DNA of 64,000 nucleotides from an uncultured virus (IMG/VR IMGVR_UViG_3300016649_000564). Lineage: Duplodnaviria > Heunggongvirae > Uroviricota > Caudoviricetes. This document shows positions 1 through 8,123 of this stretch, one piece after another. The notes under the pieces are model-generated. The model was given only the letters and a program-made list of their open reading frames with translations. It made no database searches and was not told the origin of the DNA. The stretch is from IMG/VR virus record IMGVR_UViG_3300016649_000564; one strand, written 5' to 3'. Position numbers and translations under genes: made by a program. Position 1 is the first letter of the stretch, and every line of letters begins with the position of its first letter.

Positions 1-1359
1 TCAGTTGTCGTAGGGGATGTCTTTGTTCTTTTCAAAGTAATAAGCAAAGCATTTTCCAAAATCAAATTGCTTGTTATTGGCACAGTAACCCAATGTGGCG
101 CCCTGCTTTTCCGACAGCGACTTATGAACGATGGTTGACAGTAACGCAATGACGTTTTTGTTAAAAACGTCATTATGGTTCTTGATGAAAGATTCAGGAG
201 CCGAAATAAAATCTATCGGGTCATTTGCGAAGCAAGGCATGTGAGCACTAGTGAAGAAACTGTTGCTCGGTGAGCAGTAAGAAGTAAACCCCCAATTTGC
301 AATGTTTGAGCTGCGCAACGTGAGCGCCCGAGTTTGCAACAAGGACTTTTGCAAGGTAGGCTGCTCAATAGCCTGAGCAGAATTAAGCTCGGCAGTGGGC
401 TCGATCATAATATCATTCATGACCCCTGTGGTGAATAAGGAGTAGTTGCCAACGGTTTGATCATCCAAATCTACCTCCTTGAGTGCATAGGAAATACCAA
501 AATAATCTCGCTGAATCACTTCCTGCTTCCAACGGGCATTCACACCTACTATCTGCCCAAGAGGAAAAGCAAAGTTGGTTGGGAGGTCCGCGCGAGAACT
601 GACCACATACATTATTGATTGTATGGGTTTGTGCTTTGCACCAATCCGCATACTACTTTCCTTCAATAATAGAGCCTGATTGGCTTCAATAGCCGGATTC
701 AAAAGAACTACGCCGTCGCCAAACGGTTTGAGGGTGCCTGTACGCTCTGCCGTCTTCATCTTATCGAGCAATGTGTCATGTAATGCTGAAAGCACAATGG
801 CAGCGCCAAAACTGTGACCAACTGTCAGCATAAAATTTTTATTTTTTTGCCCAATAATATACTCAAGGTCAGCTAGGAAATTGGTGACTCCGCCGCGCCC
901 CACTTCCTCTGCGACAGCCTTACGGTCCCAGAATGTTAAGTTTTCTAGCTGTAGACCTTGAAAGGTCATACCCCGCCAACCGACGTAAATACCTAGGATC
1001 TTTTTGTCGCCGGCGGCACCAGAGCGGGCTAGAAAATCCAGTGCATTTCTGAAGCTGATGACGTTCTCATCTTCAGTCGAGGCATTGTGTTTCCAGCCAT
1101 GTACGAAAACGATTACCGCCAAGTCTTCGGTTTTAGATTTTTCAGATATTTTGTGTAAAAGTTCAGACGTTTGACTTGGTGAAAAATCATTTCCACGCTC
1201 TGTGAACTCTACAAACCCCAAGTCATAACCGGGATTTACCTCATAATATTTTCCGCACCCCCACCAATGGTCAACGCATGTCCCATCAGAGCTTCTGAAC
1301 GGAGCGTTTGAGACGCAGCCGCCCAATAGAAAGATAAACAAGATAACGAATATTTTCAT
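1..1359 (-). CDS. Alpha/beta-hydrolase fold lipoprotein (putative esterase/lipase)
   Basis: Start moved to MKIFVILFIFLLGGC (lipobox LGGC); VFVHGW oxyanion motif, GHSFG nucleophile elbow, candidate Asp (SRAD) and His (NHND). Confidence 0.75.
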   Translation of the reverse strand: MKIFVILFIFLLGGCVSNAPFRSSDGTCVDHWWGCGKYYEVNPGYDLGFVEFTERGNDFSPSQTSELLHKISEKSKTEDLAVIVFVHGWKHNASTEDENVISFRNALDFLARSGAAGDKKILGIYVGWRGMTFQGLQLENLTFWDRKAVAEEVGRGGVTNFLADLEYIIGQKNKNFMLTVGHSFGAAIVLSALHDTLLDKMKTAERTGTLKPFGDGVVLLNPAIEANQALLLKESSMRIGAKHKPIQSIMYVVSSRADLPTNFAFPLGQIVGVNARWKQEVIQRDYFGISYALKEVDLDDQTVGNYSLFTTGVMNDIMIEPTAELNSAQAIEQPTLQKSLLQTRALTLRSSNIANWGFTSYCSPSNSFFTSAHMPCFANDPIDFISAPESFIKNHNDVFNKNVIALLSTIVHKSLSEKQGATLGYCANNKQFDFGKCFAYYFEKNKDIPYDN

Positions 1360-1879
1360 TCTTTTGCTCCTAACGCTCAGCATGTTGTTTTTTGTGATCA
1401 CTCAGCACTAGATATTATTAGTACGTCGCCGAGCGACGGTATTGGCAGAGCTGCTTTTTGAAGGCATTGCGAGTATGGGTGGCTTTGCTGCACGCGTCTA
1501 ATCCCGAGAGAAGAAAACTCTAGAGATCTCATTTAGCGAGATCGAAGCTTTCCTTGCTTGCCTAATGCTTAGGCGGCTAAGTGATTCCAGTGACTATTTT
1601 TTGTATGTAGTCCATACACATGACGTCTGTGCATTACAGCAATAGAGTTCTACTGCTGGTAACGAATGAATTCCGGCGATAAATCAATAGCATGAGGATA
1701 GGGATTCGAACCCCTTCTTCGCCTTTGTACACCGCTTAAGGCCATAAAATACGATGTTTTCGTCTTTTGCTCATGGCGCCATGCGGTCTATGGCGGCCCT
1801 GGGTCTGCCCTAATTTTGCCCTAAACATCTTCTCTACTGCCGCTGCTATGCTTGATCCTTTTAGAAAGGAGTCGACCCC

Positions 1880-2095
1880 ATGTCAGCTGATTACTCACTA
1901 CCCGATGTTCTGGAAAGGATCTATGACAATCAGCTCGCCTTGGAGGCGGCGGTAATGGAGCTGACGTTGTGGGTGGAACAGAGGGCTTCGTCAGAGGTCG
2001 GCGATAATATCCGTGGGGCACTGGAAGCTATTGGAGAGAACGCTGGCCACATCAAACAGGGCTTGGCTAAACTCAAGGGTACGAATCGCGGCTAG
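1880..2095 (+). CDS. Small conserved hypothetical protein of a type seen at Pseudomonas island/prophage ends
   Basis: AAGGAG RBS, 71 aa helical ORF; paralogous to 10868-11086 and to the decayed copy near 5400. Confidence 0.75.
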   Translation: MSADYSLPDVLERIYDNQLALEAAVMELTLWVEQRASSEVGDNIRGALEAIGENAGHIKQGLAKLKGTNRG

Positions 2096-2165
2096 GCATC
2101 AACTTAGCGAGTTGGCCTCAGAATCGCCCCAGACAAACCTCATGATGGATAATGTAAAAATTCCT

Positions 2166-2198
2166 GACGGGCAGCAATCGGCCAAAAGCAGCCACTCG
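2166..2198 (+). repeat. Left copy of 33-bp imperfect inverted repeat (GGCWGC-N12-GCWGCC unit)
   Basis: GACGGGCAGCAATCGGCCAAAAGCAGCCACTCG matches the reverse complement of 5158-5190 at 29/33 positions. Confidence 0.8.
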
Positions 2199-2386
2199 CG
2201 TACGAAGTCGTTCGACCCAGAGACGGCATTTGGAATGGCCAGTCTCGACTGCAGAAAGCGGTTGTTCAGCCGTTGTGAGAAATGGCATGAGCTGACTCGT
2301 GGGGGACATTGCATGCTCATTAAAGGGCGAGGAAGCTCCTCGTCCTCAGGCACTAAAGTATTGTGGAGCTATACCCGGACAATGGC

Positions 2387-3988
2387 TCACATCTTTTCCA
2401 TTTGGGGCGTCATCATTGCGCTTGCCATTCGAGCGCAGTATTCGTCGGCCAAATCCTCTCGGGTCATCTCCTTCAATCGTTCAACGTCAGGTGCATGCCC
2501 CATGAGCTCAACCAGTTTCTCTTTCGTGCTGCTCGAGTATGTTTCCCATAAGAAGTCGAACCAGTCCAAGCCAGTCTCCGGAGACGAACGGCCAGCATTT
2601 TTATCAATAACGCCGAAAAAGGTCTCAGGGTGCTGGACGTGAGCCTTTAGTTCATCTTCCTTCAACGGAATCTTGACTATGAAGCGCTGTTGATCGTCCG
2701 TGCGAACGACACACGCTGCCTCTCTCCACGTGGGCATAACGACGCAACTCTCTACCGTAGCCTCTATCTGTGTTCCGTTAGGTGCTGGCACTTCCATCCG
2801 CTGACCAACTTGTAGCCGTGTCTTGGAACTTCCGTCTGAGAACGCCTCAGCCTCTCCGTCGAACGTAGTGGGAATGCGCCGGTGCTTCTGCATGGACTCC
2901 AGTAGCGCAAAGACTGGCGCATGCTGACGCCTAGTTTTGACCTGCTGAAGCAGGGTTTTGGGCCCTGGGTGAAGATCTTCGAGGTGGAAGCCCCATAGCA
3001 GTACTCCAGAAGGCAGATCAATAGCATCAAGGTGATGCTCCTCTGGCTCGTACGTGACTATGACATACGCCTGCGGAAGCGTTTGCCCAACCGGATCTCG
3101 CTCATATAGCCTTAAGAGGTTTTCAGCCTCTACAAGCGCTACTGGATTAGGTTGGCCCCTGCCCAGTTCCAGGCGCCCGTCATTTGTGTCAATGAAAACA
3201 ATGCGAGGATGATCCGACTTTTTGCTCAAAGCGCGATTCATTTGTCTGTTGATTTTCATCCGCCTGCCTTCTCGTCGCTTGGCCTCAACGGCATAGATCG
3301 CGCCGGACTTAGCGTCAGTGGCAATGAACTCAACGTGGGTACTACGTCTGTCAGTTTCATCTTGGGGCTGCAGGCTGAAGCCTGCCCGAAGCAGGGCGGC
3401 AGCGATTCGCACTTCATACAACGCGCCGGGGAAGTTCTCCGCGCATTTGATTCGGTCGATAAGCAGTTTCTCGACCTCAATGGCGTGCTTCAGGCTGTAA
3501 AGGTCATATGCGAAGCGCATATAGGCACCTATGGCCCCCGTCATCGGCTGAGCAACACCTGGCCCAGTCTGTTCCATGTGAGCTTGCGAATGCTCATAGC
3601 TGCGGACAGCCCAGGTGAGAATACGATGTCGCTCTTCTGGAGGCTTGCTTACCTCTGACGTCCACCACTCTCTGCCCAAGACGATCCTCGGGTAGTCGTT
3701 CAGGAAGTCGTGAAACGTTTTCCACTTCTGTGAGAAATGCATCGTGTTACCGACGGCTATGACTCTGTGATCATGGAATTTAGTGGAAATGATCGACCTA
3801 CCAAGGCCCTGCTGCTCACGCCTTTGAAACTCTTGGGCTTCATGATGAGCGAGTTTCATCTGCATCTGCTCGTACATGCGCGGTACATTCGGCCCTAGAC
3901 CGTCGACAGACCCATGACATTTTTTGAGCTTGCGGCCGCTGCCGCAAGGGCAGGGATCATTTCGACCAGGCTTGTTGCGCATCCGCAC
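2387..3988 (-). CDS. SEC-C zinc-motif protein with putative PD-(D/E)XK nuclease domain
   Basis: N-terminal GRNDPCPCGSGRKLKKCHG; central LYE...VEF...VEAK pattern; start may be the ATG at 3982. Confidence 0.7.
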   Translation of the reverse strand: MRMRNKPGRNDPCPCGSGRKLKKCHGSVDGLGPNVPRMYEQMQMKLAHHEAQEFQRREQQGLGRSIISTKFHDHRVIAVGNTMHFSQKWKTFHDFLNDYPRIVLGREWWTSEVSKPPEERHRILTWAVRSYEHSQAHMEQTGPGVAQPMTGAIGAYMRFAYDLYSLKHAIEVEKLLIDRIKCAENFPGALYEVRIAAALLRAGFSLQPQDETDRRSTHVEFIATDAKSGAIYAVEAKRREGRRMKINRQMNRALSKKSDHPRIVFIDTNDGRLELGRGQPNPVALVEAENLLRLYERDPVGQTLPQAYVIVTYEPEEHHLDAIDLPSGVLLWGFHLEDLHPGPKTLLQQVKTRRQHAPVFALLESMQKHRRIPTTFDGEAEAFSDGSSKTRLQVGQRMEVPAPNGTQIEATVESCVVMPTWREAACVVRTDDQQRFIVKIPLKEDELKAHVQHPETFFGVIDKNAGRSSPETGLDWFDFLWETYSSSTKEKLVELMGHAPDVERLKEMTREDLADEYCARMASAMMTPQMEKM

Positions 3989-4084
3989 AGGCTTCCCGTC
4001 AGGTGGAATTGAGCGCCACGAAATGGCCGCTTGCAGCAGGTGTCGAAGCTGCCCGTCTAGCCAGAACGGCTGGGGCCAATTGGT

Positions 4085-4996
4085 TTAGGCCGCGGGCTCA
4101 GAGTCAATCGTACTTACATGGTCCCACTCGTCCTCCCGCTGCCCCCAAGCCTTCGTATCCACGATAATGGAGTCATCCTCCATTACTAATGAATCACCGG
4201 TAGGGTCCTCGACAGAGCAGGTGAGGCTGCATCGAAACTCAAACGAATCATCTTGCAAGTGACCATCACCGCGCCGGACATCCGAGTTAGATCCCCACTG
4301 TAGTTGAACATTTATAAACCCGGCTGCAAATAAATGAACAGTGTCGTGGGTGATCCGCTCTACCCCGCTGATATTGACACTGACGTCTTCCAACGAATAA
4401 TGATGAGCTACGCTATCCAATGCCTCGAGAGAGTCAGAAACGACCTCGTAGATAGCCTGGTCTTCGATCGCTTCATAAAGGCTGTGAGCTATGCGGCTGC
4501 GACAGTTAACCATCGCCATTCCCAACCCTCGTAAGGCATCAAGTGATTTTTCGACAAGCATTTGGACCTCCTGACCAGGAAGGTTGAAGGTTGCCTCTTC
4601 TACGTGCGTGTACTTGCTCAACTCGGTTAGCGAGTCTCGGATCGCCTTGCGTTCTGGCGACAGATCAAGCTTCAGCTCCTTTGCGACGTATTCGTCTGAA
4701 AGTCCCCCCTGAACTACGTACCGAGCGTGCTGGATCTTCGTGACCCCATCTCTAATGTGAGGCAGCTGAATCTCGTCTTTGTACCAAGGACACTTCAGTA
4801 CCTCTGCCTTGGGGGCCCGTTGCATCAGAATAGAGTTGGTCAGCTCCCGCAGTGCGTAGGCGAAGTTGTTGAAGCGGAGCTTATTGTCTAGGTCTTCCAA
4901 GTTTCGGAGTGCTGCGGCATAGAGACTGTGATGGAATTCATCCGTCCCCAGCAGCCAATCTACTGGATCTTCGATAGCGATCATTTCGTCAATCAT
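4085..4996 (-). CDS. Predicted pPIWI-associating-nuclease-like protein (pP_pnuc_1/pP_pnuc_2-like)
   Basis: LRFNNFAYALRE...AP...V..CPWY, LSKYTH and C-terminal LQWGSNSDVRRGDG motifs, recalled from this family; unverified. Confidence 0.55.
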   Translation of the reverse strand: MIDEMIAIEDPVDWLLGTDEFHHSLYAAALRNLEDLDNKLRFNNFAYALRELTNSILMQRAPKAEVLKCPWYKDEIQLPHIRDGVTKIQHARYVVQGGLSDEYVAKELKLDLSPERKAIRDSLTELSKYTHVEEATFNLPGQEVQMLVEKSLDALRGLGMAMVNCRSRIAHSLYEAIEDQAIYEVVSDSLEALDSVAHHYSLEDVSVNISGVERITHDTVHLFAAGFINVQLQWGSNSDVRRGDGHLQDDSFEFRCSLTCSVEDPTGDSLVMEDDSIIVDTKAWGQREDEWDHVSTIDSEPAA

Positions 4997-5157
4997 GCGT
5001 CAGCAGCCTTCTCGGTAGTCATCGCCCTTGGTTTTGACCGGCGTTAATGCCAGTCACCCTCGAAAATGTGATGAAGCTCATAGCTAACACTCCGAGGATA
5101 CCGAAGCCTCACGAAAACTTGGCACTTTTGAATCGCCTCTTGATTCGTGTACATATC

Positions 5158-5190
5158 CGAGCGGCCGCTTTTGGCCGACTGCTGCCCTTC
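5158..5190 (-). repeat. Right copy of 33-bp imperfect inverted repeat
   Basis: See 2166-2198; followed by a second degenerate unit (GGCAGCTTAGGATCG). Confidence 0.8.
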
Positions 5191-5397
5191 GCGAAAGGCA
5201 GCTTAGGATCGCATACGACCGCAGGGAAGCCAGCTAAACGATCCTTCCGATGATGGATTGGGCGTAGCACTAGCTCGACGGTCCCACCAGACTCGTTATT
5301 CCGCTGTAATCTCTTCGCTTTGTAGCAATTTTTTAGCAAGCTATTGTCACCGCATGGCAAGGGCATGCTTGCGCTTTTTCTCGAAAGGAGTCGATGC

Positions 5398-5570
5398 CGT
5401 GCCAGGTGATTATTCGCTATCGGGCGCGCAGGGAAGGAAGAACGAAAGCCAGTTGGTTTGGAGACTGCTGTGCTGGAATTGACGTTGTCAGCAGAGGGAT
5501 TCGGTAGAGGCATGCGAAAATGTCCAAGAAGCGCTGGAGCCCGCTGGTGAAAACGCCGACCTATCAAACC
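5398..5570 (+). pseudogene. Frameshifted relic of the 1880-2095 gene family
   Basis: AAAGGAGTCGA leader shared with the 1880 gene; translates VPGDYSL..NESQL / LETAVLELTL / ENVQEALEPAGENA across frameshifts. Confidence 0.7.
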
Positions 5571-5580
5571 ACACACTTCG

Positions 5581-7446
5581 CTAAACGTTACCAATGATTT
5601 TTTTAATTAACCAATTCGCAGCCAGCTGCCCGGCGCGTCGTATCAGCTTATACCCAGGAATTGAAAATAAAATGTACGCTAGAGAAAGAACGGCCATTAA
5701 AACCGCACAAAAAAAGCCTTTGGTAATTTTGAACGCCAGCACATCCGAGTAAACAGCGCCAGAGTTAGCCCAAAGCCATATATAACAGCAAACCACCAAA
5801 AACAAACCAACAACCAGATTTGTTACGACGAAGGAAACGCCTCCCTTAATACGCTCGACGACCTTAACTAAGGTATCTATAGTTTGGGAGTCTTTAAATT
5901 TATCGTTGACAAAACCACCTATCAAATTCGCCTTAACCATTTCTAGCACTTTTTTGGGGCTGCCATAAACCGGCTCATTTGCACCTACTATTGAATCAGT
6001 CAGGATGGATCTTGCCTCTGTCGAATGCACTAGTAGATAAAAATCCTCCGCGGTAATATCGCCCGCACGCTCTAGCTTATCTATTTCATATAAATAATTT
6101 GACCAATTTTCCTGAGTAGGTTGCAATGATGCTATACAGTTAGCAACTATCATTTGTGCGGGTAGCAACGGCTTTTTCTTTACCGCCTTCATCCAGATCA
6201 GCGTTGTAAATACCTGATCCGGCATACAAACGGAAATATCAGATCGACCATGCACTCCCTTGAAAAACTCCGTAACGCCTTTAGACAACAGCGCATTTGT
6301 AGTCACAAATATTGCAATACACGATTCAAGATAGTTTTGTGAGCGACCGCCTCTAATTCGATGAATAGCAGTAATACAGTCAATATCATGTCTTCTTGCC
6401 TCTTGCTTCTGGATTAAGTAGTTATCCAGCACCTTAGAGAACTGAGTTTCATCAAGCCCCAACTCTCTAACATGAGAAGGACGATCTTCCACGTGAATTC
6501 CTAGTAGTTTTAGTTTCCGCTCAAGCATCGACCTATCTAATTGTATATCAGAAACAGAAGCCCCCCTTAAACCATAATAGTCAAAAACATCACCAGGCCT
6601 CTTCGCACGAAGCGCGCCATTGCCTCTAGCCAGTTGGGCCGCATACAATATTCCATCAATTTCATTCAAGGTATCTCTAAAACACCTCATCTTTGTGCCC
6701 ATAAGAGCAAGCATATCGATTAACTCCGTCGATAACTGCCTTACTTCTGAATCACAAAAACCTAAAGCCCGAATAAGAAAATCAGTGTCAAAGAAAACCC
6801 TTATATCACGAAGCGCACCATCAACCCTATCCGGCTCACTATAATAAAAAACCTCTGTAAGCATTGCTCCTCTCACAAAAGCCTCAATCACTAACAAAGC
6901 GTCGTTATCGCAACTATTGCAATGCTGTATGAATTTTGCCGTCAACAGCTTCTGCTGTTCAGCATGTTCACCCAGGGCATGGCTTTCTACAGAAACTGAC
7001 TTGTACAATTTAGGAGCGAACAGGTATAAGGTCTCAAAAAACCCTGATTCAACCTCATCAGGGGCAACGTTAACCCCGTGGAATTCCTTGCAATACTTTA
7101 CAAACTTTATTTTTAGACCATTAAATCTTCTAATCTCTGCATCTCTTACCTTCTCATACTCATTAGCAGGCAGGTTCTCCCTGAGTATTTTATATACACC
7201 ATCAGCGCCACGCTCTAAAAACTTATATTTCTTTGCAGCACGTTTTATAAGGCTTAGGATAACAGCCTGAGGGGGCTTAAACTCTGCCAACTCAGAAAAC
7301 TTCTCTTGCACTTCAGCAGAGCTCACGAATTCGGATCCGATCTGCTTAAGACAAAAAGCAAAAATCGGAATATAATTATCAAGCACGCCTAAATTTTTTT
7401 CTGAATTAGCTTTTACAATTGCTAGATTCACAAGGAGATTTTGCAT
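5581..7446 (-). CDS. PIN-like domain protein with two C-terminal transmembrane helices
   Basis: RVFFDTDFL, TLNE, RHDID and IFVTTN motifs in PIN order; two hydrophobic C-terminal segments; AT-rich. Confidence 0.6.
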   Translation of the reverse strand: MQNLLVNLAIVKANSEKNLGVLDNYIPIFAFCLKQIGSEFVSSAEVQEKFSELAEFKPPQAVILSLIKRAAKKYKFLERGADGVYKILRENLPANEYEKVRDAEIRRFNGLKIKFVKYCKEFHGVNVAPDEVESGFFETLYLFAPKLYKSVSVESHALGEHAEQQKLLTAKFIQHCNSCDNDALLVIEAFVRGAMLTEVFYYSEPDRVDGALRDIRVFFDTDFLIRALGFCDSEVRQLSTELIDMLALMGTKMRCFRDTLNEIDGILYAAQLARGNGALRAKRPGDVFDYYGLRGASVSDIQLDRSMLERKLKLLGIHVEDRPSHVRELGLDETQFSKVLDNYLIQKQEARRHDIDCITAIHRIRGGRSQNYLESCIAIFVTTNALLSKGVTEFFKGVHGRSDISVCMPDQVFTTLIWMKAVKKKPLLPAQMIVANCIASLQPTQENWSNYLYEIDKLERAGDITAEDFYLLVHSTEARSILTDSIVGANEPVYGSPKKVLEMVKANLIGGFVNDKFKDSQTIDTLVKVVERIKGGVSFVVTNLVVGLFLVVCCYIWLWANSGAVYSDVLAFKITKGFFCAVLMAVLSLAYILFSIPGYKLIRRAGQLAANWLIKKIIGNV

Positions 7447-8123
7447 GTTAGCGCCCTGCCCTATTCATAAAAATTAAACCATATAAGGCTAAAAAACCAG
7501 CCTACTAAAAATACAAACTGCTAGACACTTAATCCATTAGCCATGCCAGCACTACCATCTTGAACTGATGACATTCACATGCATCACCCCTACCAACCAC
7601 CAACTAGCAGGCAGAGCCATAATGCCATATTGATATATACCAATTAAAAAAGCAATGCTCACTAAAATCTTAAAGCTCCTCGAGTTGGAATAAACTGTTC
7701 CTTTGCTAGGTTACGTATATTAATGCCCGACTTCATAGACCATCAGAAACGAACCAGAACTGGGTCATCTCCGACTTCACGGATACTCAGATAGTTTGTT
7801 TTTAGCCGTTTTCTGCCAGCCGCGACCTAAGCTTTCGGCGCAGCCTGTGTAAAAACGCATGCAGAACTTTCTAGCGCTCCGTGGCTAGGCGTCAATGCAT
7901 CCAGGACTGCTGATGTGATTCAAGAGACCGAAACGGGGAAGCGTAGGCTCGACTACGAGGACGGGATTATGAGGCGACGATCCCGTCGTGGCCGTCTGCT
8001 ACTGGTCGTGACTCTGCTTCCGATTTATTTTTTCATTCATCGAACAGGGTGAAACTCGCGCAGCAATGGGATAAAGCCTTGATGAAAAAGCTTTATATCT
8101 CTCCCCCTATTAGTTATACCTAA

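Noticed and set aside
1700..1713. Definitive left att of prophage 1
   Set aside because: Lacks the displaced tRNA 3' end and the GTTTCGGAAC arm motif; kept only as a low-confidence remnant
2013..2642. 209-aa + strand ORF
   Set aside because: Spans a repeat element and the antisense 3' end of the SEC-C gene; no recognisable motifs
7447..7790. Hidden small gene or retron-like ncRNA upstream of the PIN-TM gene
   Set aside because: Only short ORFs without an RBS, no convincing long inverted repeats, and no RT nearby
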